From positions 1,824,001 through 1,888,000 of the forward strand of contig CBDCSU010000006.1 in assembly GCA_965221775.1 (NCBI GenBank): DNA of 64,000 bases, read 5' to 3'. The notes beneath the pieces were generated by a model. The model was given only the letters and a program-made list of their open reading frames with translations, made no database searches and was not told where the DNA came from. How positions within the stretch are numbered: the first letter of the stretch is position 1; every line of letters begins with the position of its first letter. This stretch comes from Candidatus Latescibacterota bacterium. Lineage in GTDB: Bacteria > Latescibacterota > UBA2968 > UBA8231. The position numbers and the translations under genes were made by a program. Positions 39,012 through 47,875 of the stretch are shown here, piece by piece.

Positions 39012-40205
39012 CTAATCGTCGGAACGCGTCTTGCCGCGGGTCAGGCCGCGGTCGAAGCTGGGGCGGACCAGTTCCGTCAGGACAGGAGGAAGCTCCCCGC
39101 GCCGGGCCTTCAGCGCCCACACGGGCGGCACCTCCCAAGGGGGCTGGGCGCTCCCGTCGGTCCATGGCTTCCGGTAGCAGAACAAGGAGCACAGGCGGGT
39201 CTGCCTGCCGGCAGCCTTGGGCGCCACCCCGTGGGCGGCGTGGGACAGGCAGCAGACCACCGAGCCCTCCGGCAGGGCGAGATGCTCCATCTCGAGGGGT
39301 CGCCCGGTGACCGGGTGGGACCGGCCGTCGAGCCAGCCGCGGGCCATCTCCGCGTCCGTCGCCGCGCGGCATCCCTCCGGGTCGCGGAAAAGGTGGCTGC
39401 CGCGGATGATCTTGAGGCCGCCGTCGTCCCCGGCGTCGAAACCGTTCAGGTAGCAGAGGGTCAGGAGCAGGTTCGGCTGCCGGTCGTACTCGTCCGGGAG
39501 GATCGTGCCGCGGTCGCAGCCGGCGCCGAGCCGATGGCTGTGCCAGGCCCCGCCGGCGTAGCCGGGGGGACGCGATAGCAACTGGTTGTGGTCGAAGTAG
39601 ACGGTGGCGCTGCCGAGGCAGAGGCGCTGCAGGGCGAGCATGTCCGGGTGGGTGAGGACCTCGGCCAGGAAGGGCAGATGGCCGGCCGGGAAATACTCGG
39701 CGAAGACCGAGTGCAGCCTCAGGGTGAGGACCCCGGCGGCGTCGGTGCCCTGGGGCACTTTCTGGCTGCCTCCGAGGGCCTTTTCCAGGTGCGCGCCGGG
39801 AACCCTCTCCTCCGGCGGCCGGCGGCCGAGGCCGTGCCAGTCGATGGTCGACCAGTCGGCCCGGAGCAGCGTGTCGTTGAGGTGCTGTCCCCGTGCGAGC
39901 GCCGCCAGCCATCGCTGGCGGGCCCTCGGCCTGACGACCCCTTCGAAGACTGCGTAGCCGTCCTGGAGGAAGCCGCCGCGGTCGAACTGCTCCTCCACCG
40001 CCGCCAGGTCGAGCAGGTCGTCACGGGCGGCTTCCATGTCGTTCCAGTCGCCCGCCGACCACTCCACCGGAGAGCGGGGGTTAGCGAGGAAGTCCGGCCG
40101 GGTCGCCCGGGCGAGACGGGCGGACGGCCCTTCGAGCACCCGCGCCGCAGCCGGGTCGCTCACCCCGGCCAGGAGAGGGTTCCTCGGCATCGTCTCGGCG
40201 GCCAT
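39012..40205 (-). CDS. PhyH-like Fe(II)/2OG-dependent enzyme with an N-terminal extension and an HxH motif
   Basis: FLQDGYAVFEG, FDHNQLL, WHSH, GGLKIIRGSH, GSVVCCLSHAAHGV..R. Confidence 0.75.
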   Translation of the reverse strand: MAAETMPRNPLLAGVSDPAAARVLEGPSARLARATRPDFLANPRSPVEWSAGDWNDMEAARDDLLDLAAVEEQFDRGGFLQDGYAVFEGVVRPRARQRWLAALARGQHLNDTLLRADWSTIDWHGLGRRPPEERVPGAHLEKALGGSQKVPQGTDAAGVLTLRLHSVFAEYFPAGHLPFLAEVLTHPDMLALQRLCLGSATVYFDHNQLLSRPPGYAGGAWHSHRLGAGCDRGTILPDEYDRQPNLLLTLCYLNGFDAGDDGGLKIIRGSHLFRDPEGCRAATDAEMARGWLDGRSHPVTGRPLEMEHLALPEGSVVCCLSHAAHGVAPKAAGRQTRLCSLFCYRKPWTDGSAQPPWEVPPVWALKARRGELPPVLTELVRPSFDRGLTRGKTRSDD

Positions 40206-40209
40206 GCTC

Positions 40210-41070
40210 TCAGCTCCTCCCACGGAAGAAGAAGCCCTCCGCCGTCCCCCAGAGGATCGCCTCCTTCTCGTCCTGGCCGAGGAAGCTCGCGTGGTCGCGG
40301 ATCAGGGCCACCGCCGCCGGATAGTCCGTCATGGGATCCTCCATGGTGATCGGTCCGCCGCTGTCGCTCTCCCACATGCAGCGATCGGCCCCGTAGGCCT
40401 CCACGACGCGCTGAATGAGGGGGAGCGTGTCGAGGTAGGGAGCACGCCGGGAGCAAAGGGCCTGAAGCGGTCCGATCTTGACCATCACCTTCGGGTGCCT
40501 GGCGAAGCGGAGCAGGGCCGCGAGATCCTCCTCGCTGTAGTCCGCTTCCCTGATGCCGACGTGGCAGACGTGGTCGAGAATCACCGGTGTCTCCGGATAG
40601 CGGGTGCAGAGGCGGTCGAGGGCGGGCAGCCGATCGACGCGCATGTTGAAGCTGATGGCCAGGTCGTGGTCCGCGCCGGTGGAGAACAGTTTCTCGAAGG
40701 CCGGGTGGTCGAGCTCCGACGGAGGCTCCCGGAAGGCGCGGCACCCCTTCCCCGCGAGCTCGAGCATGGTCCGGTCCGGGGCGGGGTCGTCGAGGCTGAC
40801 GATCCCGGTGCCGGAAAACGTCCCGGGGTCGCCGGCGATCAGGTCGAGGATGTAGCGGTGATCCGTCCCGTACCAGGTCATCTGCACGAGGTTGATGCGA
40901 ACGTCGCCGACGGCGCGGCTGTAGCGGAAGTACTCCTCGGGGGTGAAGGTGGGGAGCCAGAGGTCCTCCTTCTTGATCCCCGGGGCCAGCGGGTAGCGGG
41001 TGAAGTCATCGGTCCAGACGTGGATGTGGGCATCGATGATTCTGTGGGCTGACGGGGGCATGTTGTCCAT
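40210..41070 (-). CDS. Amidohydrolase-2 family protein (paralog of 21260-22129)
   Basis: IDAHIHVW, NLVQMTWYG.DH.YI.DLI, ILDHV, CMWESDSGGP. Confidence 0.82.
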   Translation of the reverse strand: MDNMPPSAHRIIDAHIHVWTDDFTRYPLAPGIKKEDLWLPTFTPEEYFRYSRAVGDVRINLVQMTWYGTDHRYILDLIAGDPGTFSGTGIVSLDDPAPDRTMLELAGKGCRAFREPPSELDHPAFEKLFSTGADHDLAISFNMRVDRLPALDRLCTRYPETPVILDHVCHVGIREADYSEEDLAALLRFARHPKVMVKIGPLQALCSRRAPYLDTLPLIQRVVEAYGADRCMWESDSGGPITMEDPMTDYPAAVALIRDHASFLGQDEKEAILWGTAEGFFFRGRS

Positions 41071-41089
41071 CTCCGGCCGAGGGCGGCGG

Positions 41090-42241
41090 TCAAGGGTCGA
41101 GGGACGGGGCGAGGTGGCGGGTCAGGATCCGCGCCGACAGCTCGTGGCCGAGGGCGGTGAAGTGTCCGTAGCCGCCCCGGTAGATCTCCCGGCCCTCCTC
41201 GATGTGCTCGATGAACCGCTCCCGGGGATGGACGTGATCGATCCGCAGCTGCGCCAATGCGTCCAGAACCCGGGACTCGATGAACTCCTTGTCCCTGCGG
41301 AATACGGGCAGGGGCGCGCCCGGATCACGGCGGTGGCGGCGGATGTCGATGACGTCCCGCACCAGCAGGGGATCGGGGATCAGGTACACGAGGAGGCCGA
41401 TCCGCTGCTGCTGCAGGTGGGCGGCGATCCCGTCCAGCAGCCGCCGGGCCAGGGAGGTCATTCCCGCCAGGTGGCCATCGGTGGTCCGGGTTTCGGGTGA
41501 GGCGATCATGCCCGCCCCGCGGGCCAGGGCCGCGATCTCCGGGCGGGTCTTGACCCCGTACATCCAGACCAGCCGGGCGCTGGCGGAGCGCGCCAGGACG
41601 TTGTCGCGCAGCCAGAACCGCGGGGTGTACGGAGGCGCCGGGGAGTAGACCAGGGAGTCGCCCACCACCTCGAAGCGGGGGACCGAGGCCGAGGCCAGAG
41701 GAGCGTAGTTGTCCTGGAGGTCGTTGCCGAGGAACAGGACGAGGACCACCGCGTCCGGCCTCCAGTCCGCGGCGCGTTCGCAAACGCTGAGGAAGTGCGA
41801 CCCCAGGCCATAGCCGTGAACGCCCCAGTTCAGGGCCTCCACCCTTCCCCCGCCGCCTCGCGACAGGTTCCGCGCCAGTCGCTGGGAGAAGTTCTCGTCG
41901 ATCCCGGCCTGGTAGGCCTCGAGGAACGAGTCACCGAGAAAGAGGATGCGCCGGGTGCCCGGGGACGGGGCCATGGCGCGCTCGTGATCGTGGTATCCAA
42001 GGCGGTTGGTCCTCACCCGGCGCGCCTCCCCTTCCATCTCCCGGGTCCAGGCGATGTCGAGGTGAGGCCGGCCGCGGAAGCCGAGGAGCGCGTCGTACCG
42101 CAGCGTCGGCGGCTCGAGGGGGACGACCAGGGGCAGCAGAGCCTCCGCCAGGACCAGGACCACCGCGAAGGAGAGGAGGGCGGCGGCGGCCCTGGCGGCC
42201 CAGCGGCCCAGGGCGGGCCACCTCGAGGTTTCCCCGTCCAT
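41090..42241 (-). CDS. Membrane-anchored SGNH/GDSL hydrolase family protein
   Basis: N-terminal TM, TNRLGYHD, LFLGDSF (block I), NWGVHGYG, LGND, GHFT. Confidence 0.78.
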   Translation of the reverse strand: MDGETSRWPALGRWAARAAAALLSFAVVLVLAEALLPLVVPLEPPTLRYDALLGFRGRPHLDIAWTREMEGEARRVRTNRLGYHDHERAMAPSPGTRRILFLGDSFLEAYQAGIDENFSQRLARNLSRGGGGRVEALNWGVHGYGLGSHFLSVCERAADWRPDAVVLVLFLGNDLQDNYAPLASASVPRFEVVGDSLVYSPAPPYTPRFWLRDNVLARSASARLVWMYGVKTRPEIAALARGAGMIASPETRTTDGHLAGMTSLARRLLDGIAAHLQQQRIGLLVYLIPDPLLVRDVIDIRRHRRDPGAPLPVFRRDKEFIESRVLDALAQLRIDHVHPRERFIEHIEEGREIYRGGYGHFTALGHELSARILTRHLAPSLDP

Positions 42242-42282
42242 CCGCCCTCGGCGTCACCCCGGCCCGGGCATCAGGGCGCGGA

Positions 42283-42918
42283 TCAGAGTCTCCATCGGAT
42301 CACCTCGAAGCTCTCCGCGAAGGCTTCGCCGATCTGTCCTCCCCGTGTCCGGGCCCAGCTGAGGATGAACTCGTCGTTGACGTAGTGCCGGCCCAACTGG
42401 GAGTAGTAGCACTTCAACGCCTGCAGCTTCGTCCGCATGTGGTCCTCCGTGACGACGCAGAAGGCGTTGGTGTTGAAGGTCAGGTTGTTCCACGGCACCT
42501 CGTAGCCGAGAAGGCTGGTCTTCTTGAAGGCGCGAAAGCCCTCCTGGGCCACTACCTGGTGGTCCTGGTGGGTATCGTTCGGCGAAGGGATGAAGACGAG
42601 GTCGGGATCGTACTCGTTGTTGAGGGCCACCATCCGTTCGAGAATCTCCTGCCGGTGGCTGGGGAAATGGCGTACCGGGAATCTCTCCACGACCAGGTCC
42701 TCCGGCCCGATGCCCAGGACGGAGGTCGCTTTCGATACCTCCGTCGCCAGGATGTCCCGGGGCAGGTCGTCGGAGACCGACTCCTCCGAGATGGAGAAGG
42801 CGACATACCTGACCCGGACTCCGTCGCTGATCAACCGCGCCATCGTGGCGCCGCAACCGAACTCACCGTCATCCGTATGGGGGGCGAGGACCAGTACCCT
42901 CCGGGCCTGCTCGATCAC
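42283..42918 (-). CDS. PIG-L/LmbE family deacetylase
   Basis: LAPHTDDGEFGCG, DTHQDH, GYE, AESFE. Confidence 0.88.
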   Translation of the reverse strand: MIEQARRVLVLAPHTDDGEFGCGATMARLISDGVRVRYVAFSISEESVSDDLPRDILATEVSKATSVLGIGPEDLVVERFPVRHFPSHRQEILERMVALNNEYDPDLVFIPSPNDTHQDHQVVAQEGFRAFKKTSLLGYEVPWNNLTFNTNAFCVVTEDHMRTKLQALKCYYSQLGRHYVNDEFILSWARTRGGQIGEAFAESFEVIRWRL

Positions 42919-43029
42919 GCGTCACTCTCCATGGCCAGTGGGCCTCCCGAACCGGCGGGAAGATCGGCGAAGAGGGGAGCGGGGGGCATGGGAGTACCGA
43001 AGGACGGATGGAACGCCGGGGGCGCCTCT

Positions 43030-43986
43030 TCAGGCGCCCGGTCGGCCGTTGAGGCCGTGCTCGCGGAACCAGGCCACGGTGCGCTCGAGTCCCTCGCGGG
43101 CGGCCACCGCCGGCTCGTAGCCCAGCAGCCGCTGCGCCTTCTCGGTGGAGGCCAGGGTCTTGGCCACGTCTCCTGGCCTTTCGGGCCCATAGCGGATGTC
43201 GCCGTCCACGTCGGTCAGGTCACGCAGCACCTCGATCACCTCGTTCAGCGTCCAGCAGGCGCCGCAGGCGACGTTGAAGGACTCGCCGGAGGCCCCCTCG
43301 GCCGTGGCGGCGCGCAGGTTGGCGTCGACCACGTTGTCGACGAAAGTCCAGTCCCGGGCGATGGAGCCGTCTCCGTACACCGTCAGGCGCCGGCCCTCGA
43401 GCAGCCCGGTGGTGAAGATGGCCACGAAGGCGGCGTAGTCCGACATGGGATCCATGCGGGGGCCGAAGACGTTGAAGTAGCGCAGGGAGACGGTCTCGAG
43501 ACCATGGAGACGGGTGAAGACCTTGCAGTACTTCTCCCCCGCCAGCTTCGAGACCGCGTACGGCGACATCGGGTCGGTGCCGGCTTCTTCCCGCAGCGGG
43601 AAGTCGTCGAGATCGCCGTACACCGAGGAGGACGACGCGTTCACCACCCGCCTTACCCCCGATTCCCGAGCCGCCTGGAGCACGTTGAGGGTGCCGCCCA
43701 CGTTGACTTCGTTCGTGGACAGCGGGTCGTCGACCGACCGGGGAACCGAGCTGAGGGCCGCCTGGTGGAGGACGTAGTGGGCGCCGTCAAAGGCGCGGCG
43801 GAGGTCGTCGAGCCGGCGCAGATCCCCTTCGATCAGCTCGATGCGGCCGAGGAGAGGCTCCAGGTTGTCGCGCCGGCCCGTGGAGAAATCGTCGAAGACG
43901 CGGACCTGCTCCCCGCCCTCGAGCAGTGCCTCCACGAGATGGGAACCGATGAAGCCGGCGCCTCCGGTGACTACGTACAAGGCCAT
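43030..43986 (-). CDS. NAD-dependent nucleotide-sugar epimerase/dehydratase (WbpP/GalE-like)
   Basis: VTGGAGFIGSH, HQAALSSVPRS, ASSSSVYG, YAVSK, RYFNVFGPR. Confidence 0.9.
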   Translation of the reverse strand: MALYVVTGGAGFIGSHLVEALLEGGEQVRVFDDFSTGRRDNLEPLLGRIELIEGDLRRLDDLRRAFDGAHYVLHQAALSSVPRSVDDPLSTNEVNVGGTLNVLQAARESGVRRVVNASSSSVYGDLDDFPLREEAGTDPMSPYAVSKLAGEKYCKVFTRLHGLETVSLRYFNVFGPRMDPMSDYAAFVAIFTTGLLEGRRLTVYGDGSIARDWTFVDNVVDANLRAATAEGASGESFNVACGACWTLNEVIEVLRDLTDVDGDIRYGPERPGDVAKTLASTEKAQRLLGYEPAVAAREGLERTVAWFREHGLNGRPGA

Positions 43987-44060
43987 GGGTCGATCGTCGT
44001 TTCGGGGATACCGCAAAGAACAACACGGCCGGCGAAAGGCAAGTCAAGCTCGAATCCCGA

Positions 44061-45602
44061 TTGAGGAAGTCCACCCTATTGCTTATATCGAAAAGCATGC
44101 GAGCCTGTCGCAACTTGGTGCGGCCCTTGGCCATGGGGGGCCTCCTGGGGTGCCTCCTCACAGTCCCCGCCCACGGGGACGAGCCCTCCGACGCTGTAGC
44201 CGCGGTCCCGGACACCCTGACGCTGCCGGAGTGCTTGGTCCTGGCCTATCGAAACAACCTCGACCACAGGATCGACCTGGCGACTCTGGCCGCCGGCCAG
44301 GAGCGCCTGCGCGCTGCCCGCGCCCCTTTCGAGGCCAACGTCAACGCCGACCTGACCCTGCCCAGCTACAGCGAGAGGCGGGACGTCATCGACAACGAGG
44401 CCCTGCTGGCCCGCATCCGCCAGGAGGACACGCGCCTCGACTACGAGGGCCGGGTCAGCCTGTCCCAGAGGTTCCGGAACATCGGCGAGTTCTCGCTCGT
44501 CGGCTCCGGGTTTCGCAACGACTTCAGCTCCAATCGGCGCCAGGACTTTCGCGAATACAGCGCCGACCTGAGCCTGGCCTACGAGCAGGAGATTCTGACC
44601 GATCCCGAGGAGGAGCTCCAACTGCGCACGGCCGAGCTGTCCTACGCCGCGGCTCTCTCCACCCTGCAACGGCAGCGGGTCCAGCTCGAGTCCCGGGTGG
44701 TCAACGCCTACTACGACCTGGTCCAGGGCGTCCGTCAGCTGGAGATCCAGAAACAGCGGCTCGATCAGTCCCAGGCTGCCCTCGAGCTGGCAAGGCGCAA
44801 GTTCGAGATCGGCCTCATCGCCGAGGTCGAGGCGCTGCGGCTCGAGGTCGACGAGTTGCGCGCCCAGGCGGAGTACGCCGAGGCGGCGACCCGGATCGAG
44901 TCCCGGCGCGACGCCCTCCGGCAGGTCTTGGCCATGGACGTCGAGACCCCGCTGGCGGTGAGCACCAGGGTCGACTTCACCATCCTGGCCGTCGCCGAGG
45001 AGACCGCCGTCGCCGTCGCCCTGGTGCGGCGCACCGACATGGAGCAGCAACGCCTGCGGCAGCGGATCGCCCGGCTGGACCTGAAGCGAACCGCCCAGAG
45101 CCTGGGTCCGTCCGCCTCGCTGAGCGCCCGGGTCAATCTGACCGGCCGCGGACCCGACCCCTACGACGTGGGCCGGACGCTGGAGCGCAGCCTCATCTCG
45201 GCCAACATCCGCGTGGGCCTGCCCCTCGTCGACGGCGGCCGGCGCCGGGGCCGGGTGCGTCAGGCGGAGATCGACCTGGAGCAGAGGGAGCTCACGGCGG
45301 AGCAGGTGCGCCAGCAGGTGGTGCTGGAAGTACGGGAGGCGGTGCGCTCGGTGCAGGAAGCGGAGCGCCAGATCCGGCTGTTGAACTCAGCCCTGGAGGT
45401 GGCGGAGCGGACCTTCGAGGTGGAGCAGAGCCGGTTCGAGCTCGGCCTGGCCAACAGCCAGGAGCTTCTCGACGCCCAGACCGACCTCACCCAGGCGCGC
45501 ACCTCGGCGCTCAACGCCGTGGTCTCCTACCAGAGGGCCCTGCAGGATCTGCGGCTGGCGACGATGGCGGAACCGCAGGAGCTGGTGGCCGGGGACGGTT
45601 AG
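44061..45602 (+). CDS. TolC family outer-membrane efflux protein (start uncertain; ATG 44097 or 44133 possible)
   Basis: Signal-like N terminus, LTLPECL..AYRNN, VVNAYYDL, RFELGLANSQELLDAQ repeated helical pattern. Confidence 0.82.
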   Translation: MRKSTLLLISKSMRACRNLVRPLAMGGLLGCLLTVPAHGDEPSDAVAAVPDTLTLPECLVLAYRNNLDHRIDLATLAAGQERLRAARAPFEANVNADLTLPSYSERRDVIDNEALLARIRQEDTRLDYEGRVSLSQRFRNIGEFSLVGSGFRNDFSSNRRQDFREYSADLSLAYEQEILTDPEEELQLRTAELSYAAALSTLQRQRVQLESRVVNAYYDLVQGVRQLEIQKQRLDQSQAALELARRKFEIGLIAEVEALRLEVDELRAQAEYAEAATRIESRRDALRQVLAMDVETPLAVSTRVDFTILAVAEETAVAVALVRRTDMEQQRLRQRIARLDLKRTAQSLGPSASLSARVNLTGRGPDPYDVGRTLERSLISANIRVGLPLVDGGRRRGRVRQAEIDLEQRELTAEQVRQQVVLEVREAVRSVQEAERQIRLLNSALEVAERTFEVEQSRFELGLANSQELLDAQTDLTQARTSALNAVVSYQRALQDLRLATMAEPQELVAGDG

Positions 45603-45618
45603 CCGTCCGTGCGGGGCC

Positions 45619-46107
45619 TCAGTCCTTGTCGTTGTTGTCCATCAGGGGGTGGGAGAACTCCTCGCCGTCCTGGAAGATGGCGCGCCGGGGCCGCAGCTTC
45701 GTGTAGGTGGGGATGCGGTTCTGTTCCTGCGCCTCCTGGCAGGCGACACAGAGGCGCGCCGTGGGCAATGCCTCGAGCCGCATCTTGGGGATGAAGGGGC
45801 ATCCCTCGCACAGGTTCAGGGGCGTTTCCAGGCAGGCCTCGCACTCGCCGTAGGTGCCGGTCTCCAGCTTCTCCAGGGCCAGCGTGATCTCCTCGAGCTC
45901 GCGGCGCTCGGTATCGCCGAGGGCGACGAGCAACTCCATGGCGCCAGCCTCCACGGCCCGGTCGAGGTCGTCGGCCTTGGGATCCTGCAGGGTGTCGATC
46001 TCCTGCTCGGTGCCGTCGAGGTCGTCCAGGATGTCGGACCGCCGCGCGAGGAGGTACTTCTTCATCTTCTCGCGGTCCCGCTTGTTCAGTGCTACCCGTT
46101 TCGCCAT
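45619..46107 (-). CDS. TraR/DksA family transcription regulator with an extra CxxC
   Basis: Coiled-coil tip DDLDRA (DxxDxA), ALEKL..GTYG.C..C and RLEALP.ARLC..CQ. Confidence 0.85.
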   Translation of the reverse strand: MAKRVALNKRDREKMKKYLLARRSDILDDLDGTEQEIDTLQDPKADDLDRAVEAGAMELLVALGDTERRELEEITLALEKLETGTYGECEACLETPLNLCEGCPFIPKMRLEALPTARLCVACQEAQEQNRIPTYTKLRPRRAIFQDGEEFSHPLMDNNDKD

Positions 46108-46123
46108 TCCCCCGCCTCTCCCC

Positions 46124-46894
46124 CTACCGTGGCCCGTGGGCCCGGCCGGTTTCCATCTCCTTGAGCCGGTCCCGCAGTGACGCGGCCAGCTCGAACTCCT
46201 CCTCCTCCACCGCGGCCTCCAGGTCGACCCGCAGCTGCTCGCTGCGCGACCGGGGCCGGTTGCTCTCGACCTCCTGCTCCCAGTCGCGCAGGAAGACCAG
46301 CTCGGTGCAGGTCTCCATGGCCTCCGGGTCGCCGAGGTTCCTCAGGATGCCTTCCACCTCGGTGATGCCCGTGCGGATGACGGCAAGGGCCTCGCCGTGG
46401 TCCTCCTTCTCCAGGTGCTTCAGGGCCCGCGCCTGGATGCGGTGGGCGGTGACGAAAACCCGGTACTGGTCCCGGATCTGCCGGTCTTCCTCGTGCTCGC
46501 CGAACTCCCCGCACAAATCGAGAATGCCAAGGTTGTGCACAGCGTCCTGCTCGGCCAGCTCGTACTGCTTCAGCTCGAAGAAGCTGATGCGGCGCCAGTA
46601 GTACTGCATCGCCTCCTGGCCGAGGGCCCAGCAGTCCTCCCGACCCAGCACGAAGGGTTCGGAGCTCCCGGAGGACCGGTGGCGCCGGCGCTCGGCCCGG
46701 TAGTGGTCGAGCAGCGACGGCTGGTCGTGCACGATGGCCCCGTCGGGGCGCCCCGACCACTCCAGTTGCATGATGCCCAGGTCCATGCGGATCTGGATCA
46801 GATCGCGCCCGTCCTCGGAGGTGATCTTGCGGACGCGCAACTCTCCGGGCTCGTAGGTCCAGGCCTTGAGGATGCGGCTGATGTCGTCGGTCAT
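46124..46894 (-). CDS. UvrB/UvrC-motif-containing protein of unknown function
   Basis: C-terminal LEAAVEEEEFELAASLRDRLK UVR motif; N-terminal VRKI..DGR..IQIRMDLGIMQLE..GRPDG. Confidence 0.75.
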   Translation of the reverse strand: MTDDISRILKAWTYEPGELRVRKITSEDGRDLIQIRMDLGIMQLEWSGRPDGAIVHDQPSLLDHYRAERRRHRSSGSSEPFVLGREDCWALGQEAMQYYWRRISFFELKQYELAEQDAVHNLGILDLCGEFGEHEEDRQIRDQYRVFVTAHRIQARALKHLEKEDHGEALAVIRTGITEVEGILRNLGDPEAMETCTELVFLRDWEQEVESNRPRSRSEQLRVDLEAAVEEEEFELAASLRDRLKEMETGRAHGPR

Positions 46895-46960
46895 GAAGGT
46901 TGGAAGGGGCGGCTCGGCGCGCGGCGCGTGGAGGGAGAGCCGCCGGAAAAAAGGCGCGCT

Positions 46961-46989
46961 ATAATAGCCGGCGGCCCGGCCGAAGTCAA
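46961..46989 (-). promoter_or_regulatory. Sigma70 promoter for the UVR-motif gene and dksA-like gene
   Basis: Minus strand TTGACT-17 nt-TATTAT, near consensus, about 65 nt upstream of ATG 46894. Confidence 0.65.
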
Positions 46990-47849
46990 CCGGTCTCACC
47001 GGGGGCGGAGGCCTGCCCCTGGCGGATCTGCTCGACGATCTCGACCAGCTCGTTGCGCAGGGTGACCGTGGTCTCGCGCTGCGCCATGTGCCGCTCGATG
47101 ACGGGCAGGGCAGGGTCGCCGACGCGAACCAGGGACTGGTGGGCCAGATCCCGCTCCTTGGGCGTCGTGTCCTCGGCCTTCATCCCGGGAGTGCCGCTGC
47201 CGGGACCGAAGAAGCCGCCGACGGGACCCTGCTGGCCGGGGAGGAGGCCCGGGCCCTGGCCGGTGAGGCCGAAGGGGCGGCGCAGGGAGTCCTGCAGGGC
47301 GCGGAGGCCCTGATCGTCGCCGGTGAACACGCCCCTCAGGCTGCGGCTTTCCTGCATGAGCATGGCGCGATCGTAATAGGACAGGGCGTTGAGCAGGATC
47401 TCCGCCGCCTCGGTCCCGCCGATCTGCCCGAGCACCTGCATGGCCACCATGCGCAACTCCTCGCCGGAACTGCTGAGGCTGCGGTCGAGGAGGCGCCCGA
47501 TCTCGGCGACGGCCGAGCTGTCGCCGATGCTGCCGAGGGCGATCATCGCCTCCTGCTGCAGAGTGGTGCGCTGGGACAGCTCGCGCAGGATGTTGATCAG
47601 AGTGGGCACGGCGCGGGGATCGCCGATCTCGCCGAGGATCTTGACCGCGCTCTTGCGGGTGGCGTACGGATAGTCCGGGCGGCCGGCCACCTCGAGGATC
47701 TTGTCGTACTGGCTTTCGTCTCCCGCTTCGTAGCGGCTCTTCATCTGGGAGACGCTGGTGCAGGCCGTCCACAGGAGGCCGATGGACACCAAGCCCATGG
47801 CGGCGAGGGCGGTCAGCGGCCGGAGCGTCTTGCCACTGCGCCGGCTCAA
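46986..47849 (-). CDS. HEAT/PBS-lyase repeat lipoprotein
   Basis: Lipobox-like LWTAC after a hydrophobic stretch; repeats AVKILGEIGDPRAVPTL, AMIALGSIGDSSAV, AMQVLGQIGG; Gly/Pro-rich linker. Confidence 0.75.
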   Translation of the reverse strand: MSRRSGKTLRPLTALAAMGLVSIGLLWTACTSVSQMKSRYEAGDESQYDKILEVAGRPDYPYATRKSAVKILGEIGDPRAVPTLINILRELSQRTTLQQEAMIALGSIGDSSAVAEIGRLLDRSLSSSGEELRMVAMQVLGQIGGTEAAEILLNALSYYDRAMLMQESRSLRGVFTGDDQGLRALQDSLRRPFGLTGQGPGLLPGQQGPVGGFFGPGSGTPGMKAEDTTPKERDLAHQSLVRVGDPALPVIERHMAQRETTVTLRNELVEIVEQIRQGQASAPGETG

Positions 47850-47875
47850 AGGGATATTCCCCGGCGGTACAAGGG

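Noticed and set aside
46960-46965. Perfect TATAAT on the + strand
   Set aside because: It overlaps the better-supported minus-strand TTGACT-17-TATTAT promoter and has no clear -35 or downstream sense gene.
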